From Candidatus Woesearchaeota archaeon (GTDB lineage Archaea > Nanobdellota > Nanobdellia > Woesearchaeales > UBA10216), in the NCBI GenBank assembly GCA_016935265.1, contig JAFGRH010000002.1, positions 6,423 to 30,422 of the forward strand: a stretch of 24,000 nt of DNA, given 5' to 3'. The first letter of the stretch is position 1. Each line of letters starts with the position of its first letter. The notes under the pieces were generated by a model. That model was not told the origin of the DNA. It did not search any database and saw nothing but the letters and a program-made list of their open reading frames with translations. The position numbers were made by a program, and so were the translations under genes. Positions 1 to 8,062 of this stretch are shown one piece after another.

Positions 1-87
1 AGCATCAATAGCCTTTGCTACAGCTTTGTAGACTTCTTCAGGGGCGTCCCTTACCTGCAGTATGGCTTCGTAGTATTGCGAGTGCAT
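1..87 (-). CDS. 5' end of an unidentified protein-coding gene that runs out of the window
   Basis: A reverse-strand ATG at 85-87 opens MHSQYYEAILQVRDAPEEVYKAVAKAIDA with no stop before the window edge. Only 29 codons are visible. AILQVR is reminiscent of NMD3-type proteins, but the fragment is too short to call. Confidence 0.3.
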   Translation of the reverse strand, partial: MHSQYYEAILQVRDAPEEVYKAVAKAIDA

Positions 88-177
88 AAGGGCTGCTAAG
101 TGCCAGATAGTTAAAAAGTTATGTATCGCTTGAAAAAAACGATAGCTTTTTATGCTATCCAAGTGCGCTGGTATGCT

Positions 178-783
178 ATGTTCAGGAAGAAGCAAAAGAG
201 TAAGCCTGAAAGCTTTCTCGGAAGGGCTTGGTACTTCATATGGGATGACAACAGCGTGTGGAGCTGGCTTGTCAACATACTGCTGGCTTTTGTGCTTATT
301 AAGTTCGTTGTCTACCCCGGGCTGGGGCTTGTCCTCTCTACCTCGCACCCTGTTGTTGCGGTTGTTTCAGACAGCATGCACCACGATGCCTCTTTCGATG
401 AATGGTGGTCTTCCCACAGCGACAAGTATCAGGATTACAGCATAACAAAAGAGGAATTCAGGAGCTTCAAGCTTCACAACGGATTCAACAAGGGCGACAT
501 CATAGTCCTTAGGGGAAGCGAACCACAAGGTTTAAAAGTGGGTGATATAATAGTCTTTTTCGGGAAAGAGCCAGACCCTATAATCCACAGGGTCATACAG
601 ACCTGGCAGGAAGGGGACACGCATTACTTCAAGACAAAAGGGGACAAGAATCCCGGCTTTGTTGCTGGTGAGGAAGAAATAAGCGAAGACCGTGTTGTAG
701 GTCGGGCATGGTTCAGGATTCCGTTTGTTGGCTACGTTAAGATAATATTCACTGAGGTGTTGAGAATTTTGGGGGTGGGCTAG
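178..783 (+). CDS. Signal peptidase I, archaeal/eukaryal Sec11 type (S26B)
   Basis: N-terminal TM segment WLVNILLAFVLIKFVVY. Catalytic-Ser box VVSDSMHH, GDIIVL box, His box IIHRVI (His rather than the bacterial Lys) and TKGDKNPG box. The longest ORF starts at 121. I prefer ATG 178 because the T-rich box tttttatg (147-154) lies about 27 nt upstream, matching the leaderless pattern seen elsewhere in the window. Confidence 0.75.
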   Translation: MFRKKQKSKPESFLGRAWYFIWDDNSVWSWLVNILLAFVLIKFVVYPGLGLVLSTSHPVVAVVSDSMHHDASFDEWWSSHSDKYQDYSITKEEFRSFKLHNGFNKGDIIVLRGSEPQGLKVGDIIVFFGKEPDPIIHRVIQTWQEGDTHYFKTKGDKNPGFVAGEEEISEDRVVGRAWFRIPFVGYVKIIFTEVLRILGVG

Positions 784-1100
784 TGCTTTTTTGCCCGAAG
801 TGCGGAGCTATATTGGTTCCAAAGAAGTCTAACAACAAGCGCGTTATGGCTTGTTCTTGCGGCTACGTGAACCGCAACATAGTGAGCGCAACTATAACAG
901 AAGAGACTGCTGAAAAGGCAAAAGAGGTTGAGATTGTTGAGGAACAGCCTGAAACGCTTCCAAAGACAGAGGCAGAATGCCCCAAGTGCAGGCACAAGGT
1001 TGCTTATTACTGGATGCAGCAGACCAGAGCTGCTGATGAGGGCGAGACCAAGTTCTTAAAATGCGAGAAGTGCGGGCACATCTGGCGGGATTATGGTTAG
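783..1100 (+). CDS. tfs: Transcription factor S (TFS / RpoM-like transcript cleavage factor)
   Basis: GTG start overlaps the upstream TAG by 1 nt. N-terminal zinc ribbon CPKCG...CSCGY. C-terminal zinc ribbon CPKC...QTRAADEGETKFLKCEKCGHIWR with the acidic DE hairpin typical of TFS/TFIIS domain III. Confidence 0.85.
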   Translation: MLFCPKCGAILVPKKSNNKRVMACSCGYVNRNIVSATITEETAEKAKEVEIVEEQPETLPKTEAECPKCRHKVAYYWMQQTRAADEGETKFLKCEKCGHIWRDYG

Positions 1101-1323
1101 CGTCAAAGAAAGAACATTCAGCGTTATAGTCAAGCCTAATTCTTCAAGGAATGAAATAGTTGGCTACGACAAGGAGAGGAGGGCTTACAAAGTTAGCATA
1201 GCCGCGCCTGCCGATGGCGGCAAGGCGAATAAGGAGCTCGTTAAGTTCCTTTCAAAAGAGCTAAAAAGGAAGGTAAGGATAAAGTCCGGCTTTACCTCAA
1301 GGAAGAAGCTACTTTCTGACTAG
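1093..1323 (+). CDS. DUF167 (YggU/UPF0235) family protein
   Basis: 76 aa; VKPNSSRNEIVGY...VSIAAPADGGKANKELVKFLSKELKRKVRIKSGFTSRKK matches the DUF167 pattern (KAN.ELI.FL...V.I..G..SR.K). Overlaps tfs by 8 nt. Confidence 0.7.
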   Translation: MVSVKERTFSVIVKPNSSRNEIVGYDKERRAYKVSIAAPADGGKANKELVKFLSKELKRKVRIKSGFTSRKKLLSD

Positions 1324-2574
1324 CTGCGCTTCAAGGCAGTATCTCTTCTCTAAAGCCCCGCCGATTGAGAAGGCTTTTTTTGGAAGGAGACCATTATTTG
1401 CTAGTGAGAAAAAATCTTCCTTTGCCATGACAGGAGGGAAAAAGGCTATCTGGCTTTTTTTTAAATTATAGACTATAGCAGGCTCTGCTTCGTGGACATA
1501 CTCAACATTCAATTCGGGCTGGCTTTCAAGGAATGACTGCAGGGTTTCAACTTCAAGTTTTGGCTTGTTCGGGCCTGTGATGACTGCCATTTCTTTAAGG
1601 TAATTCTCATCTGGAGATGAGAAAGGAATTACATGGTCACCTTTCTCTCTGAGCCTCTTCGCCATCTTTTCCCTGTCTTCTTGGTCTGAAAAGCCCTGAC
1701 GGCAGAAACCAAAACCGCGCTGTCTGTAAAAAGCTTCCATAGATTTTAAAAATTCAGAACCCACTCCTGAGATAACTCTGTTTATCGGCTGGAAATTAAG
1801 CCCGGCGTCATAGACATTGACAATTTCAACAAGAGCGTATCTTGCAGGGTGGTCTAAAGGGGCGCCTTGCCGCTTCAGCCTTTTCCAGTTGTCGCTCCTT
1901 TCCCTAATCTCATGGTTTCCGTCCCCAACAAGCAGGGGGTCTGTAATCTGAAGAATGTTTCTTTCAAGCTCGCTTATGGGCGGTGGAGCGTTGACTGCGT
2001 AGCCTGTTATGTGACCGCCGCCAAGCATCAATTCGAAATCATATATCTGCTTGTTAGGCATTTCAAAAAGAGGCTCTATAACGCTCTGCCTTGGATCGTT
2101 AATAAGGACAATGCTGTGAGGAATGTGGAGAGGTGCATTTCTCCCAATTTTCCTCCTTAAAGCAAGCCTTTCAGGGATTGTTCCTTCAGTGGGCCTTATT
2201 TGCTTGCCTGAGCCGTACTCCTCAAGGTCTATCGAGGCGAGAAGCCCTTTTCTTGAGCCTGCTTTGGGAGTTTGCCTATCGATAAGAACAAAGCCTAGCT
2301 CCTTCTGGAAAAGCAAATTCTGGACGCACCACTTCATATGGAGGTTGATTTCGTTGATAACCTCATCCTCGTCTTTTGAGCCGATAAAAGCCTCAGGGTA
2401 AATAAGGTCAAGGGTTGAGTCAGAAATGCCTACTGTTTTTCTGACAAGATCCCAGTATGCTTTGCTCTCCTTGAACTGGTCCGGCGCTATTACAGCCCAA
2501 AGGCGCATGTCAATTCCTTCGTTTGGCAAAAGAATACTGTCGGGGACCTTCAAACCCATTTCTTCAAGAGGCAT
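1309..2574 (-). CDS. Divergent DUF1015-like protein
   Basis: 421 aa. The order of blocks resembles DUF1015: AVIAPDQF (compare PPYDVI), GFVLIDRQ...RKGLLASIDLEEY..G.QIRPTEGTIPERLALRRKI...HSIVLINDP (compare HE.T...DRL) and LLVGDGNHEIRE (compare ADGHHR). Several signature residues are substituted. Confidence 0.5.
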   Translation of the reverse strand: MPLEEMGLKVPDSILLPNEGIDMRLWAVIAPDQFKESKAYWDLVRKTVGISDSTLDLIYPEAFIGSKDEDEVINEINLHMKWCVQNLLFQKELGFVLIDRQTPKAGSRKGLLASIDLEEYGSGKQIRPTEGTIPERLALRRKIGRNAPLHIPHSIVLINDPRQSVIEPLFEMPNKQIYDFELMLGGGHITGYAVNAPPPISELERNILQITDPLLVGDGNHEIRERSDNWKRLKRQGAPLDHPARYALVEIVNVYDAGLNFQPINRVISGVGSEFLKSMEAFYRQRGFGFCRQGFSDQEDREKMAKRLREKGDHVIPFSSPDENYLKEMAVITGPNKPKLEVETLQSFLESQPELNVEYVHEAEPAIVYNLKKSQIAFFPPVMAKEDFFSLANNGLLPKKAFSIGGALEKRYCLEAQLVRK

Positions 2575-2594
2575 TTTACAACAGCCGTTAAGCG

Positions 2595-4880
2595 CTACTT
2601 TTTATTTTCTTTCTTTTCTTCAAAGAACTCCTTCAGGTCGACAACGTCCTCGTCTTCTTTCTTTTCCTCTTTTTTAGGCTCTTCCTTTTCCTCTTTTTTC
2701 TCTTCTTTTTTCTCTTCCCTTTCTTCTTCCTTCTTGCCGCGCGACAGGAAGGCTATAATGATTATCAGTACGGCTAACCCCACCACAATGTAATACTTGT
2801 ACTGCTCAATGAAGCTTACCGGCACTTCCTCGCCCTCTTCCTCAGCTTCTTCAGGGCACTGCTCTGGCCCGCCTACATAGCACCTGCACTCGCCATCTGC
2901 CTCATCATAGTAGCAGTCAAACCAGTACCTTCCCTCCTCCTTTTTCTGGCACTCGTAAGTGTTAACGCATTCAGCTTCTTTTTCCTCCACAGTGGCCTCT
3001 TCTGTTATGTTTATGATTTCCTGCGGCATTTCAACCGTAACATTTTCTTCGGTTAAGTTTTCTGAAATAAGTTCAGGCTCAGGCTCTTCTGTTATGTTCT
3101 CTGAGATAAGCACAGGCTTTTCCTCTGTCACATTTTCTTCGGTGACGTTCTGCCCAGCAAGATCCTCAAGGAATTCCTCTAGCGTTACGTTCAGAGGCTC
3201 CTCCTCAGGAATTTCCTCTGTTATGTTCTCTGGTGCCTCTTCAGGGACAGGCTCTAAAACTTCTTCAGGAACCTCTTCAGTTACTTCTTCAGGAACGATT
3301 TCTTCCGAAATTTCTTCCTCAACCTCCTCTGTAACATTATCAGGAATGGGAATTGTGGTTGTAATTGTATCTTCGATTTCATCGCCAACCGGCTGGGTAA
3401 GGAAGTAAAGCGCGCCTGCTATTATCAGGAGAAGGAAAACCGCAAGCACTACATAAGGCCAGAAAGGTCCCCCTTTATCTTCTTTTTTGGGCTCCTTTTT
3501 TCCCTCAGGCTCTTCCTCTGTAAAGAAATCAGCCGTTGCCTTTGATACTTTCGCAACAAATCCTTCCTTCTTTGCCTCTTTGACCCCTTTCTTTGCCTCT
3601 GATATGGCTGCCTTAAGCTCCTTTTTTGACTCCTTGAGCTCTTTCCTTAGCTGGATTACCTCCTCCTCAAAGGACCTTGCCTGCTGCTTGAGCTCCTCGC
3701 TGCTTGCCATATTGTCGAGAACGTAAGAAACATCATCCCTGACCTTCCTGAAATCCTTTTCTTCTGAAAGCTTTCTAGTGATTGCCCTTTCTTCCCTGCC
3801 CGTCTCCCTGAAAGAATCCACCCTTTTGCTGAGCTCCTTAACGTCATCTGCAAGCCCTTCAAACTCTGCTTCGGAAACGAGCTGCTTTTGGAGAGAGTCA
3901 ATGCTCCTCTGTAGCTGATCAATATCTTCTTTAGCCTTAATGGTATCTGTTGCGTAATTCTCAAGCTCCTTTACTGACTTCTTTAATTCGCCCAGCTTAG
4001 CTGATTGATCCAGATCTGACTGAAGCTTTTTCACAACGCCTTTTAGATGGTCTTTCGTAGTGTAATCGTCAAGCTCTGTTTCTACCATTGAGCTCTCTAT
4101 TTTTTCGTCAAGTTTGCCAATTTTTGCTCTGACGTCGCTTATCTTGCTCTCCAATTCTTTTCTGGAAGCAGCTTCTTCCTTAAGCGAGCTTAATCCTGAT
4201 TCTGTTTTTGAGGCTGCTTTTTTCAGCTCTGCGATGCTGTCCTGGAGAAGCTTTATTCTTGAAATTTCTGAGGAAAGGCCCTCAACGCTGTTTTTTACTA
4301 TTTGAAGCTGTGAAAGCTCCTGCTTCAGCTTGTCATCTGATTTTTTTGATGCTTTTTCAAAATCTTTGAGGGAAAGCGAGCTGTTGTTTAGAGCCTCAAC
4401 TTTCTGCTTTAGGTCCCTGATTTCTCCCTTGTAGCTTTCGAGTGTTCCGATCTTTTCAAGCTGCCTTTTGAGGTCAGAGAGTTTTTTGTTGACTCCGTCT
4501 AATTCCTTCTGGAAGTCCTTTTGAGCTAATTTTTTTTCATCAAGGCCCTCTACCTTTCCCCTAAGCTTTCTTACTTCAGCAAGCCCTTCAGCAATGTGGT
4601 CGTGCTTCTCAACTGCCTTGCGGAGGTCTTTCAGCCTCACATCAATATTATTGGCAAGCACCGCTGTATCTGCCTTTTCTGCATATGTGCTTTCAATCTG
4701 CTGCAGCTTTGCGTCAAGCTTGTTGACAAAGCTGTAGAATTCCTCTTTCGTTGCCAGGACAGAAACTGAATCAGAAAGCTTGTCAAGCCTGAAAACATCC
4801 TGATTAATCGCACGCCTTAACTCATTAATGTCCTCTTTTACTTTAGAAAATGCTCTTTTTATATCCTCATCCCTGCCCAT
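2595..4880 (-). CDS. Large two-TM membrane protein: about 470-aa N-terminal coiled coil, acidic N-x-T-rich ectodomain, 6-Cys module, KE-rich tail
   Basis: 761-aa ORF. GGGGGAG lies upstream of the ATG and a TATA-like tttatatatt lies further upstream on the minus strand. Heptad-like K/E/L-rich repeats carry a recurring KDF/KEEF motif. TM1 is FWPYVVLAVFLLLIIAGALYFL. Nine N-[IVL]-T sequons sit in about 125 acidic residues. The Cys module is ECVNTYECQKKEEGRYWFDCYYDEADGECRCYVGGPEQC. TM2 is YYIVVGLAVLIIIIAFLS. The C-terminal tail is a KKEEEREEKKEEKKEEKEE-type run. Confidence 0.8.
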   Translation of the reverse strand: MGRDEDIKRAFSKVKEDINELRRAINQDVFRLDKLSDSVSVLATKEEFYSFVNKLDAKLQQIESTYAEKADTAVLANNIDVRLKDLRKAVEKHDHIAEGLAEVRKLRGKVEGLDEKKLAQKDFQKELDGVNKKLSDLKRQLEKIGTLESYKGEIRDLKQKVEALNNSSLSLKDFEKASKKSDDKLKQELSQLQIVKNSVEGLSSEISRIKLLQDSIAELKKAASKTESGLSSLKEEAASRKELESKISDVRAKIGKLDEKIESSMVETELDDYTTKDHLKGVVKKLQSDLDQSAKLGELKKSVKELENYATDTIKAKEDIDQLQRSIDSLQKQLVSEAEFEGLADDVKELSKRVDSFRETGREERAITRKLSEEKDFRKVRDDVSYVLDNMASSEELKQQARSFEEEVIQLRKELKESKKELKAAISEAKKGVKEAKKEGFVAKVSKATADFFTEEEPEGKKEPKKEDKGGPFWPYVVLAVFLLLIIAGALYFLTQPVGDEIEDTITTTIPIPDNVTEEVEEEISEEIVPEEVTEEVPEEVLEPVPEEAPENITEEIPEEEPLNVTLEEFLEDLAGQNVTEENVTEEKPVLISENITEEPEPELISENLTEENVTVEMPQEIINITEEATVEEKEAECVNTYECQKKEEGRYWFDCYYDEADGECRCYVGGPEQCPEEAEEEGEEVPVSFIEQYKYYIVVGLAVLIIIIAFLSRGKKEEEREEKKEEKKEEKEEPKKEEKKEDEDVVDLKEFFEEKKENKK
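2960..3340 (-). repeat. Degenerate in-frame DNA repeats encoding the acidic ENITEE/ENVTEE modules
   Basis: Exact repeated words: ctcttctgttatgtt at 2997-3011 and 3084-3098; acattttcttcggt at 3040-3053 and 3130-3143; ctgttatgttctctg at 3089-3103 and 3218-3232. All lie inside the 2595-4880 CDS. Confidence 0.6.
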
Positions 4881-4950
4881 CCAACTCCCCCAAAAACGTA
4901 TTTATGCTACAGTAGCACATTAATATATAAACTTTTCGGTAGAGACAAAA

Positions 4951-6114
4951 TTATTTTTTGCCTTTAAGCGCCGCAAGCGCAGGAAGTTCTTTTCCTTCCA
5001 AGAATTCAAGCATTGCTCCGCCGCCTGTCGATACAAAAGTAAACTTTTCCTTAAGCCCTGCCCTTTCCATGGCTGCAATTGTATCTCCCCCGCCCAATAT
5101 CGTGGTTGCGCCTGAGAAGGTTATGGCTTTTCCAAGCTCAAAAGTCCCCTTTGAGAAAGGCTCAGACTCGAAAACGCCCATCGGCCCGTTCCAAAGTATT
5201 GTTTTAGCCGAGCTTATCTTTTCAGAGAAGATTTCCACTGTTTTAGGGCCTATGTCAAGCCCTTTTTTGTCCTTGGGCATGCTGTCAACACTTACAACTT
5301 CTGTTTCAGATGAATCTGCAGTTTCTGCAAAAACTGCATCCACAGGAAGGATAACTTCCTCGTTCAGAAGGCTGTTTGCAACCTCAAGCTTCTCGTTCTC
5401 GACAAGGCTTCTTCCAACTTCCTTTCCCTCTGACTTAAGGAAGGTGAACATCATCGCTCCTCCAATCAGCAGGTAATCTGCCTTTTCAGCGAGCTTTCGT
5501 ATCACACCTATCTTGTCTGATACTTTCGCGCCGCCAAGAACCGCGACAAAAGGCCTTTTAGCTTTATCAATAAGCTTCGAGAGCGTTTCCACTTCCTTTT
5601 GCAGGAGCAAGCCTGCGTAGCTGGGCAGAAATTTAGTGATTGCAACAACAGAGGCATTTGCCCTGTGGGATACGCCAAAAGCGTCATTTACATAGATTTC
5701 AGCGAGCTCTGCTAATTGCTTAGCAAAGCCCTCATCGTTAGCCTCCTCTTCAGAGTGGAAGCGGAGGTTTTCAAGCATAAGTATTTCCCCCTCGTTAAGG
5801 GATTCTGCAACTGCCTTTATTTCCCCACCAACGCAGTCATTGACCTTTTCAACATCCTTGTGCAGGAGCTCGGAAAGGTGCTCTGCAACAGCATCCAGCC
5901 TCATCTCAGGAACAGCTTTCCCTCTCGGCCTGCCGAGGTGCGACATTATTATTACCTTGGCGTGCCCCTCAAGAAGGTATTTTATTGTAGGCAGGGACTC
6001 CTTTAATCGGGTATCGTCAACAACCTTTTCCCCTTTCAAAGGGACGTTGTAGTCAAACCTTACAAGAACCCTTTTGCCCTTTACATCAGCGTCTTTCAGA
6101 AGAGGCAGCTCCAT
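4951..6114 (-). CDS. pgk: Phosphoglycerate kinase
   Basis: [26 protein letters not shown]...SHLGRPRGK...GGGDT...STGGGAMLEFLEGKELPALAAL. Start chosen at the ATG (6112-6114) that overlaps the gap TAA by 1 nt (TAATG). The ORF track extends 16 codons further, into gap. Confidence 0.93.
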   Translation of the reverse strand: MELPLLKDADVKGKRVLVRFDYNVPLKGEKVVDDTRLKESLPTIKYLLEGHAKVIIMSHLGRPRGKAVPEMRLDAVAEHLSELLHKDVEKVNDCVGGEIKAVAESLNEGEILMLENLRFHSEEEANDEGFAKQLAELAEIYVNDAFGVSHRANASVVAITKFLPSYAGLLLQKEVETLSKLIDKAKRPFVAVLGGAKVSDKIGVIRKLAEKADYLLIGGAMMFTFLKSEGKEVGRSLVENEKLEVANSLLNEEVILPVDAVFAETADSSETEVVSVDSMPKDKKGLDIGPKTVEIFSEKISSAKTILWNGPMGVFESEPFSKGTFELGKAITFSGATTILGGGDTIAAMERAGLKEKFTFVSTGGGAMLEFLEGKELPALAALKGKK

Positions 6115-7109
6115 TAAACCATCTCCTTGAGGACTTCGACCATCCTGCAGGAAAAGCCCCACTCGTTGTCATACCAGGTAACTATCTTAACGAGGTTTCC
6201 ATCAACTACATTTGTCATCAGGGAGTCAAATATGCTGCTGTGGGGGTTTCCTATTATGTCTGTTGAAACCAGAGGCTCGTCAGAATACTGTATTATGCCG
6301 CGCATGTAGCCAAGCGCAGCCTGCTTGAAAGCCTTGTTCACTGCTTCTACTGTTGTGGTTTTCTCAACTTCGCAGACAAAGTCAGTAACTGAGCCGTTCG
6401 GGACAGGCACGCGCATTGATATGCCATCCAGCTTTCCCTTGAGTTCAGGAATAACTTCTGCAACAGACTTAGCAGCTCCCGTAGTTGTGGGTATTATATT
6501 AATAGCTGCTGCTCTTGCCCTTCTCAGGTCCTTGTGCGGCAAATCCAATATTTTCTGGTCGTTTGTGTAGGCGTGTATTGTTGTGAGGAAGCCGTGCTTT
6601 ATGCTGAAGTTGTCGTGCAGCACCTTAACAGCAGGCGCCAAAGAGTTGGTAGTGCATGATGCGTTCGAGCAGATGTTGTGCTTTTTCTTGTCGTAATCCT
6701 GATCGTTGACGCCCCTGACCATTGTTAAGTCAGGCTTTCCCTTTGCAGGTGCAGAGATTAATACCTTTTTTGCGCCTGCCTTTATGTGTTTTGCAGCGTC
6801 CTCAGGCTTTGTGAACAGCCCTGTGCTCTCAACAACGATGTCTATCTTCAGCTTTGCCCACGGCAATTTTTCAGGGTCCTTTTCAGAAAGGACTATAATC
6901 CTTTTGTTGTTAATCGAAAGGTCATTACCGGCTGCTTTTACGTCTGCCTGGAGCTTTCCGTGCACAGAGTCGTACTTCAGGAGGTGGGCAAGCGTCTTTG
7001 CGTCCGTGAGGTCGTTAACAGCGACAAACTCAAGGCGCTTTTCCTTCAGGCCAGCCCTTACGAGCATCCTCCCTATCCTTCCGAAGCCATTGATTGCGAT
7101 TCTTACCAT
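6114..7109 (-). CDS. gap: Glyceraldehyde-3-phosphate dehydrogenase, type I (bacterial/eukaryal GapA-like)
   Basis: [17 protein letters not shown]-binding start, active site SNASCTTN, and WYDNEWGFS near the C-terminus. The SD-like aggggtgat sits directly upstream on the minus strand. Confidence 0.95.
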   Translation of the reverse strand: MVRIAINGFGRIGRMLVRAGLKEKRLEFVAVNDLTDAKTLAHLLKYDSVHGKLQADVKAAGNDLSINNKRIIVLSEKDPEKLPWAKLKIDIVVESTGLFTKPEDAAKHIKAGAKKVLISAPAKGKPDLTMVRGVNDQDYDKKKHNICSNASCTTNSLAPAVKVLHDNFSIKHGFLTTIHAYTNDQKILDLPHKDLRRARAAAINIIPTTTGAAKSVAEVIPELKGKLDGISMRVPVPNGSVTDFVCEVEKTTTVEAVNKAFKQAALGYMRGIIQYSDEPLVSTDIIGNPHSSIFDSLMTNVVDGNLVKIVTWYDNEWGFSCRMVEVLKEMV

Positions 7110-7255
7110 AATATCACCCCTTTAGGCAAGCTACTAGTTTTTTATTTAAAGTTTATTATTGCAAGAACATTTAAATATGTTGTCGTGTTATCATTTAGCA
7201 AACTTAGGGCGATGTGACTATACTTTGAAAAGGATAATTTGCGGAGCGGTTAAAA

Positions 7256-8002
7256 ATGGCTGAAGGACCAGGAGGACATAAAGCGGATGCTACAGGCCCG
7301 CATGGAAGGGGCGCTGGACCGGGCGGCGGAACAGGGACTGAAGAAGCTTACCGAAAGGATGGTAAATCTGCAAATGTGCCTTCGAAGGAAGGAATGGTTT
7401 CAGGACCGGGCGGAAACGTTCCTGACGGTACAGGAACAAAGGGCTACGGTATGGATGCAGGGCCAGGCGGCGGAAAGGAAGAGGGCATGGGGCTTTATTT
7501 TCGTGAGGAGTTTGAAAATCTTCGCAAGCAGAATCCAAGCAAGGGAAAAGAAATCGATTCTTACATAGCCAGCTACGATTCAGATGCCACCAAACTAAAA
7601 TTAGAAGGCAAGGAAAGGTGGGAATACGTATTGAACAGGGTAAAAGAAAGAGTAAAGTTTGAAGAGAAAAGAGAGGCTGAAAGAAAGGATAAATCAGCAA
7701 ATAGTTCATCTCTGGAGAAAATAGTGGATTCTTCAAATTCTGATGATTTAAAGGAGGAGTATGATTCGCTGTATTCAGAGCACCAAGAAATAGATGAAAT
7801 TGGTGAAAAAGTAAAAAAGTATCATAACGAGGCTGTTGAGAAGGGATATAAGGGAGAGGAAAGGAAAGATTACGTTAAGAAAAAAGTCAAGGAAGAAGCT
7901 GAGAAAAAAAGTGAAGAAAGCAAAAAGAAAAATGATGGGGATGAGGGAGTCTCGGAAGATGGCCAGGATAGTAGTTCTAACGAAACCACTAATTCTGAAT
8001 AG
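7256..8002 (+). CDS. Hypothetical protein: duplicated Gly-rich GPGG...DxTG...AGPGGG module plus KE-rich helical C-terminal half
   Basis: 248-aa ORF with ggag 10 nt upstream. Two copies of one module: GPGGHKADATGPHGRGAGPGGGTGTEE and GPGGNVPDGTGTKGYGMDAGPGGGKEEG. A second internal duplication is LEGKERWEYVLNRVKERVKFEEK versus YKGEERKDYVKKKVKEEAEKKSE. The Gly-rich motif resembles the DGTGP.G.GP.TGRG signature of DUF5320, recalled from memory. Confidence 0.6.
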   Translation: MAEGPGGHKADATGPHGRGAGPGGGTGTEEAYRKDGKSANVPSKEGMVSGPGGNVPDGTGTKGYGMDAGPGGGKEEGMGLYFREEFENLRKQNPSKGKEIDSYIASYDSDATKLKLEGKERWEYVLNRVKERVKFEEKREAERKDKSANSSSLEKIVDSSNSDDLKEEYDSLYSEHQEIDEIGEKVKKYHNEAVEKGYKGEERKDYVKKKVKEEAEKKSEESKKKNDGDEGVSEDGQDSSSNETTNSE

Positions 8003-8028
8003 GATTTTAATAATAACAAACAGCAAAC

Positions 8029-8036
8029 TTTATAAA
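8029..8036 (+). promoter_or_regulatory. TATA-like box for the carA operon
   Basis: tttataaa is centred about 27-30 nt upstream of the carA start (TTG 8060 / ATG 8063), implying a leaderless or near-leaderless transcript. Confidence 0.35.
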
Positions 8037-8053
8037 CAACTCGGAGCTTTCTC

Positions 8054-8061
8054 TTTTTTTT
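8054..8061 (+). terminator. Oligo-T tract, a possible archaeal terminator for the upstream gene
   Basis: A run of 8 T lies 52 nt after the TAG of the 7256-8002 ORF. Archaeal termination commonly uses T runs. It sits directly against the carA start, so its role is uncertain. Confidence 0.25.
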
Positions 8062-8062
8062 G

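Noticed and set aside
121-177. Upstream start (ATG 121) for the signal peptidase
   Set aside because: It leaves only 33 nt for two divergent promoters. ATG 178 has a T-rich TATA-like box about 27 nt upstream and gives a normal short cytoplasmic N-terminus. It is not excluded, only less likely.
2598-2760. Highly repetitive ctt/ttc-rich DNA that looks like a tandem repeat or array
   Set aside because: It is the in-frame coding sequence of the KKEEKKEE-type C-terminal tail of the 761-aa protein. It has no spacer-repeat periodicity and is not a CRISPR array.
2959-3408. 149-aa Ser-rich plus-strand ORF, together with other long shadow ORFs (4958-5476, 6706-7125, 6786-7217, 8702-9238, 23493-23993)
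   Set aside because: Each is the mirror frame of a well-supported gene (the acidic repeat region, pgk, gap, carA, purH). They have biased, repetitive composition and no motifs.
5716-6162. Extended pgk N-terminus ([16 protein letters not shown]...) given in the ORF track
   Set aside because: The extension overlaps the conserved C-terminus of gap. The canonical PGK N-terminus starts at MELPLLKD, whose ATG forms a TAATG junction with the gap stop.
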